From a virus, in IMG/VR virus record IMGVR_UViG_3300024265_000043, positions 1-64,000 of that record: a stretch of 64,000 nt of DNA; one strand, written 5' to 3'. Below, one piece after another: positions 30,712 through 41,379 of this stretch; the stretch's first letter is position 1; the number at the start of each line of letters is the position of its first letter. The position numbers and the translations under genes are program-made. Under the pieces are notes generated by a model, which was not told where the DNA came from, made no database searches, and saw only the letters and a program-made list of their open reading frames with translations.

Positions 30712-32975
30712 GAGAGACTTTTACTCAGCAAGTCGAAGATCGCATTGAGCGTGAACAGCGTCGAGGCAGAAATGTGCGCATTGGTAAGGGAAAGTCTGTA
30801 CTATTTCAGGTTGGCACTGGGAAACGTCTTCTGGAAAATTTGAGACCAGCACAATTTGAATGGCGATGTGCTTTTCTTCAGGAAACCAAATTTGCACTGA
30901 CGGGAGTGAATACTCAAGTTACTCCTTCGAGCATAATTGTGAACACCGTTGATAGTGGTGTGGCTGGCGTATTTGATATAGATGCCCGAACTTATACTGA
31001 TGGTTCACAAACATGGACAATCAATGAATGGGCCCAATTCTACTTAAAAGTTGATACAGAATATTATCAGATAGTATCAAACACAGTTGATGAATTAACC
31101 CTTGATATAAATATTGGCGTTTCTATTGACGATGGCACATATGATATAGTCCCCTTCGTTCCAAATTCATTAGTGGGGACTTTAATCCAACCAGATGAGA
31201 ATGATGATCAGATTTATGTTGTTCAATCAAATACAGAGACGCAGATATTCATAGAATTTGATCGGGGCGCTGCATTTAGAACTATTGCATCAGGCACCGT
31301 AACAACTGGTGACGCAGGGGCTCCATTTGATACTTTTGACGATCTTGCATTTGGGAGCAATTCTGACGATCAATGGAACGATTATACTATATATTTCTAT
31401 TCAGGAAACAATCAGGGCGAGTCTCGTCTAATATCTGATTTCCAAACATCAACTGGCAGATTTATTTTAAGTACTGGATTCACAAATGCGATTCAGATTG
31501 GCGATACCTTTAGAATAAACAGATCACTTTTATGGGTTGGAACAGGAGCGACTTTTAGAATAGAGACTGGTTATACTCCATCAAATTTAGATTTCGAGAA
31601 TTCATCAACGCCTCCAGTTTTGAGAATATTAGGGTCATCAAAAGAGGGAGCGATTGACGATCAACAAATGCCTACTCCATATCTCGGCATGTATTCTGCT
31701 GAAGTATATGTTGCAGGGCGAAAATCATTCAAATTAGATATTGATTATGTTGGCGCTCTAAGCATTTACACTGTTAATACGTCTACGAATGAAAGATTGC
31801 TGGTGTTTTCATCTCCTGTTAGGGCGAGAGGGAGTGATTCCATTGTATTTTCATTGCCTGGCAGAGTTTATACAAGAATTGAAATTTACAATTATGTACC
31901 AGAGACTCTATATGGTACCTTAAAAGTATCTGGCATTGCACAATTCCTGAATTCATGGAGAGATTTAACATCAAGTGCGCCGATATGGGTAAGCCTAACT
32001 GGTGCAGATTCAAGTGATGTTGACGATCCTGATACCATGCTATCCGATTCGATTGAATTGGAATGGATCAATAATGTCTTTTTGAGGGAAAACGGCAAGA
32101 CAGAAATATATATATCAGATACCGAAGGTGGGACATTCACTTTGAACGCAACGGTTTTAGCCTCAGAGACTAGGAGAGTTGTGCCGTTGGCTCCAGGCAC
32201 TACAAAATGGTTCAAATTGCAACACGTTTCTGCTTCTGGTGTTATTGGCGGGATAACTGATGCACGGAAAGGGGTGACTTCTAATCCAGGTCTTGGCAAT
32301 GTTGATGTTGATATCCAATGGTCAGATAATGGTGGTTCTCAGGTATTCAGAAATGAAAATGGATGGTATAATGATGCCATATTGAGAGCAAAAGTGATAG
32401 TCTCTTCTGATTTGACTATTTCGGATATAAGATATCAGGAGACTGGTCAATCGGAACAATCTATTGGAAGTTCGTCTCCTGCGTTAGCTCCGGCAATTGT
32501 AACTGAAGCAATTAGTACAATCAGAGTGAAGATCATTTTCACAAATGGCATGTCTACTTCATGGCTAATCTTTAATTTCCAATACGATAAGACTGCTCCA
32601 AGCGTCCCTGTATTTGTAGTTGATAGCGGCAAAGCGCAGAATTATGAAATCACTGTTCCAATTGACAGTGGCGGCGTTGATGCATTATCGGGCTTATCGC
32701 ATTGGGAGTGGTTCTTTAATGCTGATGGAACAGATCCAATAAGTAGCGATCCTCCTCTAAGGGTAACAGCATCGGGAGCATTTAGGCTTGGGCTTGCAGA
32801 TTATGAATTGACTTCAAATGAATTTTATCTATGGGCAAGATCAGTTGATGTTGCGGGCAATAAATCAATTTGGGTACAATATAATGGTGCCTCAGGATTT
32901 TTAGATTTGAATCAGTCTGAAGTTAAGGGTAGCTTTGAGATCAGAGATATACATGAATTCGCACAACCAATATAG
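30708..32975 (+). CDS. Tail protein with FN3/Ig-like domains
   Basis: 755 aa; DKTAP, DALSGL, ARSVDVAGNKS motifs. Confidence 0.65.
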   Translation: MRETFTQQVEDRIEREQRRGRNVRIGKGKSVLFQVGTGKRLLENLRPAQFEWRCAFLQETKFALTGVNTQVTPSSIIVNTVDSGVAGVFDIDARTYTDGSQTWTINEWAQFYLKVDTEYYQIVSNTVDELTLDINIGVSIDDGTYDIVPFVPNSLVGTLIQPDENDDQIYVVQSNTETQIFIEFDRGAAFRTIASGTVTTGDAGAPFDTFDDLAFGSNSDDQWNDYTIYFYSGNNQGESRLISDFQTSTGRFILSTGFTNAIQIGDTFRINRSLLWVGTGATFRIETGYTPSNLDFENSSTPPVLRILGSSKEGAIDDQQMPTPYLGMYSAEVYVAGRKSFKLDIDYVGALSIYTVNTSTNERLLVFSSPVRARGSDSIVFSLPGRVYTRIEIYNYVPETLYGTLKVSGIAQFLNSWRDLTSSAPIWVSLTGADSSDVDDPDTMLSDSIELEWINNVFLRENGKTEIYISDTEGGTFTLNATVLASETRRVVPLAPGTTKWFKLQHVSASGVIGGITDARKGVTSNPGLGNVDVDIQWSDNGGSQVFRNENGWYNDAILRAKVIVSSDLTISDIRYQETGQSEQSIGSSSPALAPAIVTEAISTIRVKIIFTNGMSTSWLIFNFQYDKTAPSVPVFVVDSGKAQNYEITVPIDSGGVDALSGLSHWEWFFNADGTDPISSDPPLRVTASGAFRLGLADYELTSNEFYLWARSVDVAGNKSIWVQYNGASGFLDLNQSEVKGSFEIRDIHEFAQPI

Positions 32976-32983
32976 GAAATGAT

Positions 32984-35383
32984 GTGGCAAGAGCAGTAAT
33001 TATAAATGTATCAGGTATAGATTCCGAAAACGGCGTTGCTGATGAAACACTCGTGGCTGGTCCTTGGGATCCTGCAACTATAGGCATTGCGGGTGGCGTG
33101 AATCTTGATTTCTTTCCTGCAATCTATAGTGAGGATTTTACGCCAGGTGGATCAACTGGCTTTTTCTTAGGTCATTGGGCCGATGGCTTTGGGGGTCAAT
33201 TCTCTGCCATTAAAGTGAATATAGGCTTTATCGGAGATTATGTTATACAATCCCCTTATTTGTATAGTTTGTCTTCTGGTACGCCGACAGTATCTCCCAA
33301 TGATGGTATTGTTTTGAGCGCGGTTACGGACCAAGCAGGCTTGACTGTTTATGAAGATGCTAATAAACGGATTGAGATTGGCTATTTGTCTGCTGGTGTA
33401 TTCGGAATAAAGGCAAATAATACTTCAGGGAATCTTCTATTTGAAATTTCTGACACTCGACAAGTGATTGGCAGAATAGAGATTGATGATGAGTCATTAT
33501 TTAGCACTGGGTTTGTTTCTGGGCAACAAGGGTTCAAAATATTTGATGACGGTAGTGCTGAATTTGAAAATATAACAGCTCGGGGCGAATTTAGATCTTC
33601 CATTATAGTCCAAGATGAAATACATGCTTTGGGCGGTCAATTCATGGCAAATACTGCCGGATTATTGCTCAATGATATGATAACAGTAAGTTCCCCAACG
33701 CAATTTTCTATGCGGATTAAAGACCCTCCATCGGGGCATGCTCAATTATTTGCTGTAAATGATCTTGTAAGAGTAAAGGATGGCTCAGGCAAGGATAATT
33801 TCATTAGGGTTGATTCTGTATCAGACTCAGGGGATCATTATTTATATACTTGCACTCTACAAAATGGCACAGCGGGTACATTCTATATTGGTACTGCCAT
33901 AGTTTATTGGGGCAACACAACTGTAGGCAATCTCCTTAATATCGTTGGAGTGGGTGCAGATGCGCCGTATATGGATATTTTCAGCCATACGGGGAGTCCT
34001 TGGTCAAGTACAAGCACAAATCTACGTATAGGCAACCTTGATGGGGTTACAGATGCAGATTTCACGAATCTTGGCGGATATGGTCTATATGCTGATAATA
34101 TCTTCTTAAAAGGCTCATATCAAAGCAGTGCGGGGAGCGGTCAACGGATTACGCTCAATGAAGATGAAGGCAGTGGTGCTAATAATGCGATGATTTTTTA
34201 TGAGGCTGGAGGAACAGAAACAGTAAGAATAGATGATACAATTCACGGATCCGCTGCTGGAATAAGAATAACAGTCGTTCCGGGGATAACCACAGAAATT
34301 ACTGGCGCTCAAATAGAAATAGTATCTAGTATAGGGGCCGCTACTCCTGCTATTCTTGCTACCTTAACTTCTCCTTCTAGTGTAGTTGATACTGGTGTTG
34401 TTAGAGGAGATTATGATAGTTCAGAGGCTGATGCTTTTGGATTACTAAGAGCAGGTATCTGGGGAAGATCTGTAATATCTCATGTAAGCGCTACTTCAGA
34501 TGCAGTCGGTATTTATGGAACAGCCACAAACTCTGGCTCAGGCGCTGCCTATGCTGGCTACTTCGCCGCTGGTGATGTCTATATTGCAGATAATTTGGGG
34601 GTGGGGACGGATTCGCCACAGTTCTTTCTTGATATAGGTGATTCTGTTAGTCAACCTGGGATACGAACTCTTGGGTTCACTTATAATGGCATTCGTATGG
34701 ATACTGATAGTGCTAACGCGGCTGCTAGAAATTATTTTGCAGGGGCGAATTTTACAGTTTTTGGAGATTATGGAATTGTTCAAAGCAATGCTAAAGATGG
34801 AGACCCAGTTGCAGCAGGAACAACACGATTTTATATTGATTCAGCAGGCAACGTCGGCATCGGGACGAGTTCGCCAAGCGAATTATTAGAGGTAGAAAAA
34901 GATCATACTCTACCGACAGGTATACGTGTTGACAATCCTGATACTGGGGCGGGAGTAAATTCGCTCTCAAAATTTGCAGCCGCTTCAAGCACGGCACTTA
35001 TTGAAATAATCTCCCACGGTGGTAGTAGAGTAGTAACAAGGTATGGCGTTACTGTCGCTGACTACGCAGAAGTAGTAGCTACTGCCGGTGATGGCTTATT
35101 AATTGGCACTTTTACAAATGCTACGCCTATCATATTTGGAACAAATAATGCAGAAAGAATGAGAATTGATTCCTCTGGCAGTGTCGGCATCGGTGGTATC
35201 CCAGCCACATCAGCACTTCTTGATCTCCAAAGCACCACGGGCGCATTACTCGTACCAAGGATGACCACTACACAAAGAAACGCATTAACGCCAGTTGACG
35301 GAATGGTGATTTATAATATCACCACAAACGCATTTAATTTTCACGAAAATACCCTATGGCGAACTGGCTCTGGATTAGTATAG
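32984..35383 (+). CDS. Tail fiber / receptor-binding protein
   Basis: GSAEFENITARG, repeated GNVGIGT.SP / RIDSSG.VGIG, C-terminal LLVPRMTTTQR..GMVIYN. Confidence 0.8.
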   Translation: MARAVIINVSGIDSENGVADETLVAGPWDPATIGIAGGVNLDFFPAIYSEDFTPGGSTGFFLGHWADGFGGQFSAIKVNIGFIGDYVIQSPYLYSLSSGTPTVSPNDGIVLSAVTDQAGLTVYEDANKRIEIGYLSAGVFGIKANNTSGNLLFEISDTRQVIGRIEIDDESLFSTGFVSGQQGFKIFDDGSAEFENITARGEFRSSIIVQDEIHALGGQFMANTAGLLLNDMITVSSPTQFSMRIKDPPSGHAQLFAVNDLVRVKDGSGKDNFIRVDSVSDSGDHYLYTCTLQNGTAGTFYIGTAIVYWGNTTVGNLLNIVGVGADAPYMDIFSHTGSPWSSTSTNLRIGNLDGVTDADFTNLGGYGLYADNIFLKGSYQSSAGSGQRITLNEDEGSGANNAMIFYEAGGTETVRIDDTIHGSAAGIRITVVPGITTEITGAQIEIVSSIGAATPAILATLTSPSSVVDTGVVRGDYDSSEADAFGLLRAGIWGRSVISHVSATSDAVGIYGTATNSGSGAAYAGYFAAGDVYIADNLGVGTDSPQFFLDIGDSVSQPGIRTLGFTYNGIRMDTDSANAAARNYFAGANFTVFGDYGIVQSNAKDGDPVAAGTTRFYIDSAGNVGIGTSSPSELLEVEKDHTLPTGIRVDNPDTGAGVNSLSKFAAASSTALIEIISHGGSRVVTRYGVTVADYAEVVATAGDGLLIGTFTNATPIIFGTNNAERMRIDSSGSVGIGGIPATSALLDLQSTTGALLVPRMTTTQRNALTPVDGMVIYNITTNAFNFHENTLWRTGSGLV

Positions 35384-35389
35384 CCGAGA

Positions 35390-35974
35390 TTACTTCTTCC
35401 CAATAAGTTTCTCGCATTGTGTTTTTGCTACGAGAATCTTATCATAAAACTCAATTATCCATGTTGCAGTTTCTTGGATTTGTTCCTCGATATAGCGCTC
35501 CATAACGATGAATAACTCAAGCATATCATCCCATTTCGGCTGAATAAGCCCCGCGTGTTGATGGAATTCAATCTTGATTTTCTTCTGTCCCTTAGAAGTC
35601 AATTCCTCTATGTGATTAATTAATCTGTTATGGATTCTCATGGTTGGTAAATCTTTTCCAGCAGTTCTGGGCCCTGATGCGCCACCCATTTGCTGGAATA
35701 TCTCAACCTTTCCGTCAGCATCTCTCTCAAATGCTTTCGCTTGGAGAGCCCTTGTAACCATATCCATTTCATCAAAGGTTGGTTTTTCAATCTTCTCTGT
35801 CATCATAGATTTAAAAGCATTGACTGCATTATCCATGTCAACTTCTGACATTTTTGAACTCACATCAACATCCATGAACATTCTAGTCATGCCATGCCCT
35901 ACAGGTTTAATATCCCTGATTTCAAGTTCCAGATATACTATATCTTGCTCTTCGTTGTTCTTTTTATCAGCCAT
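35390..35974 (-). CDS. Hypothetical protein
   Basis: 194 aa, last gene of - operon, converges on tail fiber. Confidence 0.65.
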   Translation of the reverse strand: MADKKNNEEQDIVYLELEIRDIKPVGHGMTRMFMDVDVSSKMSEVDMDNAVNAFKSMMTEKIEKPTFDEMDMVTRALQAKAFERDADGKVEIFQQMGGASGPRTAGKDLPTMRIHNRLINHIEELTSKGQKKIKIEFHQHAGLIQPKWDDMLELFIVMERYIEEQIQETATWIIEFYDKILVAKTQCEKLIGKK

Positions 35975-35978
35975 TATT

Positions 35979-36389
35979 TTATCCTTGTGTTAAGTTGATC
36001 TCTGTTATTTTGTGAGCCTTATCACTCAATGGGATTGTCTCACCATCTTTGAATCTTTTCCATGCAGATATTGTGAATATCCAGGCAACACTAATATTAA
36101 CATATCCCATAGCATCCATGCTCTCATTTACAAGCGGAAATGAAAATTCATGTTTTTTGAATATCTTATTCAATCCCTGCCTTCGACCCGAATGTGAATC
36201 CCCAACGATATAAACCGTGACAGTTTCCGGTTCTATATCATCTTTCATTTCCACTCTATTTCCGCACTTTATGCACGAGAACATTTGCCCTTTAAGTTCA
36301 TTCGTTTCAATTTCATTTCCAACTAATATCAAAGTCATAATTGGAATTACCATGAAATTGGTTTCACCGCATTGTGGACATTCTACCAT
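35979..36389 (-). CDS. Zn-ribbon protein
   Basis: CPQC...CIKC; AGGAG SD. Confidence 0.6.
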   Translation of the reverse strand: MVECPQCGETNFMVIPIMTLILVGNEIETNELKGQMFSCIKCGNRVEMKDDIEPETVTVYIVGDSHSGRRQGLNKIFKKHEFSFPLVNESMDAMGYVNISVAWIFTISAWKRFKDGETIPLSDKAHKITEINLTQG

Positions 36390-36398
36390 AATTTCTCC

Positions 36399-37772
36399 TT
36401 AAAATGGGTTGTCATCACCGAAATTAGCATCCACTTGTTGCGCCTCTCTGCTGAATCCTCGACCAACAAATTGCATCTTGTCCTTAAGGAATGTCATATT
36501 GATTGATCCGGTGGGGCCATTCCTCTGTTTTGCAATTATAATCTCGGCAAGCCCTGCGGTACTCTCACCAGTAATTTCATCAAGTTTGAAACCATAATAT
36601 TCGGGGCGATATAGAAATACGACCGTATCGGCGTCTTGTTCAATTGAACTTGATTCTTTTAGATGCGAAAGAAGTGGTCGTTTTTTGGGAGCCTCTTCAA
36701 CCTTTCTCGACAACTGAGCTAATATAATGACCCCAATATCTAATTCTTTTGCCAATTGCTTTAGCCCATTAGAATATGCGCCAATTTCAATATCTCGCCT
36801 TTCCGCCTTGACGCCAGTCATCAATTGAATATAATCAACAAAAAGAAAATCCAAATTGTATTTTGCTTTTAATCTCCTAGCTCTGCTACATATACTCCTA
36901 AGAGTTTGCCCGCCGCTATCATCAATATGAATTGGAAGCCCCTTAAAATCAATCGCTCTCTGTCTGAAGGACTCTATTGCTTTTTTGGTGATAAGCCCCT
37001 CGCGATGATTAGTTTCGTCATCAGGCTTGGCATGAAGAAGATATCTAGTTCCAACTTCTTTATCGCCGCTCTCAAGCGAATTGAACGCGCATACATGATC
37101 TTTTTTCGCTAGATGTTCCATTAGGTCCATTGCCCAAGCCGTTTTGCCCATAGAAGGTCTACCAGCCAGAATCAATGATTCTTGCTTGTGAACCCCACCA
37201 GTCATGCCATCAAAATCGGACCACCCAGTTGCAGTGCCCGGTATGACCTTATGCTTGTAAATCATCTCCATTACTTCAAGTGCTTTATCAATACCAACGT
37301 CCATGCTTTTGAAGCCGGATACATCCCCTTGGTCGGCGAGCAGGATTAGGGATTCTTGGGCTTCCTCAGCAGTGATTTCTTTACTGTATAGTTTCTCCTC
37401 AGCTTCACGACACGCAAATATCGTCTGCCTTGATTTATAGCATTCAAGAACTATATCTCTATAATATACAATATTTGCGGATGAAGGGCTTACCTCAAGA
37501 AGTTTCGTGACATAAAATGCATCATCAGGATTTTTGAGCAATCCATCTCTCTGCATTCTATCAGTTAGAGTAACAATATCAATGGGCATATTATCATCAA
37601 CCATGCCCATCATGGACCGATAGATCACATCATTATAACCGCTATAGAAGTTGTAATGATGCAGCTCTCCTGATACCTCATAAACAGAATTACCATCAAT
37701 GAGAATGGCACCAAGGATAGATTTTTCGGCCTCAATGTCGTGGGGCAGAATCCTTATTTCTTCCTGCGCCAT
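36399..37772 (-). CDS. dnaB: Replicative DNA helicase DnaB
   Basis: PHDIEAEKSILG, AGRPSMGKT, VDYIQL, AQLSR, SIEQDAD, KQRNGPTG. Confidence 0.95.
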   Translation of the reverse strand: MAQEEIRILPHDIEAEKSILGAILIDGNSVYEVSGELHHYNFYSGYNDVIYRSMMGMVDDNMPIDIVTLTDRMQRDGLLKNPDDAFYVTKLLEVSPSSANIVYYRDIVLECYKSRQTIFACREAEEKLYSKEITAEEAQESLILLADQGDVSGFKSMDVGIDKALEVMEMIYKHKVIPGTATGWSDFDGMTGGVHKQESLILAGRPSMGKTAWAMDLMEHLAKKDHVCAFNSLESGDKEVGTRYLLHAKPDDETNHREGLITKKAIESFRQRAIDFKGLPIHIDDSGGQTLRSICSRARRLKAKYNLDFLFVDYIQLMTGVKAERRDIEIGAYSNGLKQLAKELDIGVIILAQLSRKVEEAPKKRPLLSHLKESSSIEQDADTVVFLYRPEYYGFKLDEITGESTAGLAEIIIAKQRNGPTGSINMTFLKDKMQFVGRGFSREAQQVDANFGDDNPF

Positions 37773-38581
37773 TGCATCTCCCCATTTTCGCCCTTGCCAG
37801 CAGGCATGAAATCATCGGTGCTCAGTCCTTCTCTACCCACCGTAGCAATCATCTGTGATGGCGACAGTAATCCTTTTTCTTCGGTTATTCCCATAACATC
37901 CATTGCTGACACCGCTTTAATTTTCCCCTTATTCTTATTTAGCAAAGTCCCTAGCTCGGCACCCATTCTTCTCCAGAAACTATCTGTTGGCATCCACGCT
38001 AGTAATGCCTTGATCTGATCCATTCCCCAGCCCATTTCATTATGAAGACGATCTAATACTGATGCCCCATTCAAATTTAAGTTATCTCTATTATTTCGCC
38101 TAAATGCTGGGTCGAATGGCCGCGTTTTTTCGGTCATGGTATGATATGCGGTAGCCATCTCAAGGAATATCTTATCAGGTGCTTTCATAGGATAGTTTGC
38201 TGGAATGATATCCTCCGGGCTCGTAAGATTGGTTGCCCATCCAATATTCTTTATTATCTCATCTAGCATTGAAGATACGGTTTTCACCTTAAATAGTGTT
38301 TTCCTCGAAATGTATTCAGCATCATATCTAACGCCAGCCTTGGTACCATCGACAGTTAGATAACCATCACGATTATCACAAGGCTGCTTTGAGAGCAATA
38401 ATATCAGAGCGTGAAACGCCCCGTAGAGTGCTTCACCATTTTTGCACCCCATAAGATACGCATATCCTGATCCACCTTGTTTATTTGGTACAATACAAGT
38501 AGATCGCTGCCTTTTATCTATAGATTTGGAATCCTCGAATATAGGTTTCCAGTTATTTATCTGTATTAATGGCGCGATCAT
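37754..38581 (-). CDS. Putative replication initiator
   Basis: IQINNW start, YDAEYISRKT wHTH-like segment, DSFW C-terminal motif, directly upstream of dnaB. Confidence 0.55.
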   Translation of the reverse strand: MIAPLIQINNWKPIFEDSKSIDKRQRSTCIVPNKQGGSGYAYLMGCKNGEALYGAFHALILLLSKQPCDNRDGYLTVDGTKAGVRYDAEYISRKTLFKVKTVSSMLDEIIKNIGWATNLTSPEDIIPANYPMKAPDKIFLEMATAYHTMTEKTRPFDPAFRRNNRDNLNLNGASVLDRLHNEMGWGMDQIKALLAWMPTDSFWRRMGAELGTLLNKNKGKIKAVSAMDVMGITEEKGLLSPSQMIATVGREGLSTDDFMPAGKGENGEMQWRRKK

Positions 38582-38641
38582 TTACAGAGCCACTGCAAAA
38601 TTGAAGACATATCCCATCCAAGATAGCTTGAGCAAATTAGG

Positions 38642-38666
38642 AGAAATGGGGCGCTCAACACGCCCC
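38642..38666 (-). terminator. Possible terminator/attenuator after recT
   Basis: GGGGCG-tgttgag-CGCCCC-ATTTCT on - strand. Confidence 0.45.
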
Positions 38667-38674
38667 TACAATAT

Positions 38675-39658
38675 TTAGAGTTCCATTTCGCCTTGACTAT
38701 CTTTGGATTGTTTCTCTTTGACTATCTGCTTCCATCCAGCCAGGTGCTCTTCCATATATTCTATGGTTTGATGTTCAGGGTCATCTGCATTTTTGCATTC
38801 CTCGGAATACTCAGCCTCTGTAACCAGTCCAGCCTCTTTGGAATCATGCACAAATGAAATGAGCGCATTCTTGGCATCTGAAAGGGTTGGCTTCTTTTCA
38901 GGTTCGTCGTCTTCTGGCTTTTGATCGGATTCATCACGAGCTTCATCAGGAGTTTCAATCTCCTCAAATTGAGCAACAGATTCATCACTCTTAGCGCCTT
39001 TAAGCCTTTCTTTCAATCCATCAGTTTTAGACTCCGTTGCATCTTTAACTTGATCTCCTGTACTTATGACTTCAGCATTTTGGATTCTACCTGCTTCATC
39101 TGGATCGTACATGTTTGAGAGACTATAGGCAACTCTCGCACATTGGATGATAGATTTATGACGAAGCATTCTTTCAGGCCATTGCTGCCATGCTTTGCTT
39201 TTCGGCATAAAACATTCTGCCAGTCTTTCCGTAATCACAGTCGGATGAGATCTATCTTTTCTGTAGATCGTTGTTGTGCAGGATTCGAGTTCGCCTTCAT
39301 CATCAAAATTGGCTACGCATTCTAATCCATCGTGCTCTGGTCTGGCGTTCATATAACTTAACCATCCATCAATTGGCACTATGATAGAAACAGCGCCATC
39401 TTTCTCGAACGCATATATTTCATTCGTGAATGGATTGAGATTATATTCTTTCGCGACGGCGAGGAACATTATCATTACTTCATTAGTTACGGTTTTACCC
39501 TTAAAACAAGTCGCCCTGATTGTATTCAGAAATTGTTCTTGAGTAACACCAACTTTGCCAGCAAAATAGCCGCTAAGGCCCTTTTGATTTACTTCAGGAT
39601 TTGCTAATGCTGATGATTCTTTTTTTGCAACCGCTGTAGTTTCTTTCTTCTTAGCCAT
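38675..39658 (-). CDS. bet: RecT/Redbeta-like single-strand annealing recombinase
   Basis: YNLNPFTNEIY, PIDGW, IYRKDRSHP, WPERMLRHK.IIQCAR; acidic tail. Confidence 0.9.
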   Translation of the reverse strand: MAKKKETTAVAKKESSALANPEVNQKGLSGYFAGKVGVTQEQFLNTIRATCFKGKTVTNEVMIMFLAVAKEYNLNPFTNEIYAFEKDGAVSIIVPIDGWLSYMNARPEHDGLECVANFDDEGELESCTTTIYRKDRSHPTVITERLAECFMPKSKAWQQWPERMLRHKSIIQCARVAYSLSNMYDPDEAGRIQNAEVISTGDQVKDATESKTDGLKERLKGAKSDESVAQFEEIETPDEARDESDQKPEDDEPEKKPTLSDAKNALISFVHDSKEAGLVTEAEYSEECKNADDPEHQTIEYMEEHLAGWKQIVKEKQSKDSQGEMEL

Positions 39659-39669
39659 TTTTCCTTCTC

Positions 39670-40635
39670 CTAGATTGGATATTTTCTGAGTGTTCGTATT
39701 GGAGTAATTTTCGTGCATTCGTCAGCAATATCTGAGTATTTACTTCTCAAAAACTTAGAATCAATGCTCCTTCTAGTTGATTCTCTGAAGTAAATTTTCT
39801 GCCCTCCAGAAATGACTGCCTGATCATCGCCGATTAACTCTTTGACTTTAGCTTTGGCAATTTCATTCATCGCCTTGGCTTCTTTCTCGATTTTGTCTAT
39901 TTCATCCCATTCTCTCACTGCCTCAGCCAAGTCGGGGCGATCAACAAAATCATCTTTGACTGCGTTTTTATCGCCGACCGACAAGAGGTAGTCACCCTTA
40001 CACGTTGACCTGAAGTTGCAATGAAGACAACGCTTATCATCATCTGAGAGACCCTGCTGATCAACTCCGCCTTCAACTTCTTGCCAGAATTCATCGGCTT
40101 TTGCCTCTAACATTTCGCCCATCTCTGGGTCATAATCAACTTCAAAATCAATGAATTCCCATGTCTCTGAGCAGAAGATTACGAATGCGCCCCATTTCCA
40201 ACCCTTAATGTGCATACCCCACTGGAGTTGCAGTATATAGGCATCATAAACACCATCATGTCTAAGTTTATGGAATTGGAATTTTGAGGCCATATTCTTG
40301 ACTTCGAGTACTCCTGGCCCTCTTTCGTCAAAGGCTACGATATGACGATCAATATGCACGCCACAATGAGGTTTATCATTGATGTAAGCCATTTTGTTAA
40401 TCTGGAATAATTTCACGTCATGCTTATCTGCATATTTTTGAGCAGCTATTGGCTCAATATCATGCCCGCGCTCAAAGCGGTTATCGTCGTGAAACTCTTC
40501 ATAATCAGGTTCATGACCTGTTTTCTCAAGCCAAAGTTTCTTTCTGCAACCCCAAGGGAGTAAACTGAGAACTCCCCACCAATCACTGCCACCAATGGCC
40601 CTTGATCTTTCCTGTTTCTGCTGTTCGGTTAGCAT
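39670..40635 (-). CDS. YqaJ-like (lambda exonuclease family) nuclease
   Basis: IGGSD, G..EP, HIDR, VLEVK, LQLQWGM. Confidence 0.9.
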   Translation of the reverse strand: MLTEQQKQERSRAIGGSDWWGVLSLLPWGCRKKLWLEKTGHEPDYEEFHDDNRFERGHDIEPIAAQKYADKHDVKLFQINKMAYINDKPHCGVHIDRHIVAFDERGPGVLEVKNMASKFQFHKLRHDGVYDAYILQLQWGMHIKGWKWGAFVIFCSETWEFIDFEVDYDPEMGEMLEAKADEFWQEVEGGVDQQGLSDDDKRCLHCNFRSTCKGDYLLSVGDKNAVKDDFVDRPDLAEAVREWDEIDKIEKEAKAMNEIAKAKVKELIGDDQAVISGGQKIYFRESTRRSIDSKFLRSKYSDIADECTKITPIRTLRKYPI

Positions 40636-40644
40636 GATTCCTCC

Positions 40645-40782
40645 TTAATCTTTATCGAACATTTTGGCGAAAATAAGTATTAACATCATTAGAATCCCGA
40701 CGAGAATATAATTCCCATCATTCGTTTCGAGTCCTATCAGTCCAATTCCCGCAGCCGCAAACGTTAAAATTACATATCCCAT
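40645..40782 (-). CDS. Small 2-TM membrane protein (not in ORF track)
   Basis: AAGGAG SD; MGYVILTFAAAGIGLIG...ILVGILMMLILIFAKMFDKD, 45 aa. Confidence 0.55.
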   Translation of the reverse strand: MGYVILTFAAAGIGLIGLETNDGNYILVGILMMLILIFAKMFDKD

Positions 40783-40893
40783 TTGTTGTTTCTCCTTTAA
40801 TTACTGCCAGTGCACCAACTCTCTGATCCGCTGTTTGCTAAACTCAGATTTAGAATTTCTTACTCTGTTTAGCGGTAGAAGATGCACCAGCAA

Positions 40894-41379
40894 TTATATG
40901 TCAAATTTCATCAATTCTAAATTATAGCGCAGATATAAAGGGTGCTGAGGATGCCCTTTTCCAGTCAACGCTAGGCAATAAAGTTGCTTGCCGATTGAAT
41001 ATGCCAAGTCACAAATCTTTTTGGCTCTCCCAATTTTTGCATGAGCACCCCAGGCGACTATTACCTCATGGCAGTCTTTCATAATTTGCAATAAATGCTT
41101 GTCATTGTCGGGCCCTATCGCATCACCAACCAGTTTTAGTTTCTTGGGATCGGTTGATCTGTATGCGTAGGCATTGCCAACAACGATTCCCCCATATCCC
41201 ATTTGCTCTGCTCTCTTCATACAGCGCGATATTGTGGGATCATTGGATTCAGCATCAGCAGTGCTGGGATTCAGCATAATGAATCCGAGAAGCGGTTTAT
41301 CCTCATCCCATATCCTATCAAGGCGGTATCTATAATTAGGTTCCCCAAATATTGCATCTGATCTAATCATGTTTGGCAA
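40894..41379 (-). CDS. DUF1643 family protein
   Basis: YRYRL.R.W, MLNPSTAD..NDPT, VAWG, G.PQHPLY. Confidence 0.85.
   Translation of the reverse strand: MPNMIRSDAIFGEPNYRYRLDRIWDEDKPLLGFIMLNPSTADAESNDPTISRCMKRAEQMGYGGIVVGNAYAYRSTDPKKLKLVGDAIGPDNDKHLLQIMKDCHEVIVAWGAHAKIGRAKKICDLAYSIGKQLYCLALTGKGHPQHPLYLRYNLELMKFDI

Noticed and set aside
25702-35383. Diversity-generating retroelement or invertible tail-fiber cassette
   Set aside because: No reverse transcriptase, template/variable repeat pair or flanking inverted repeats seen
40826-40876. Intergenic hairpin (GCTAAAC..CAGA / TCTG..TTTAGC), possible RNase III site
   Set aside because: Single, imperfect and without supporting copies
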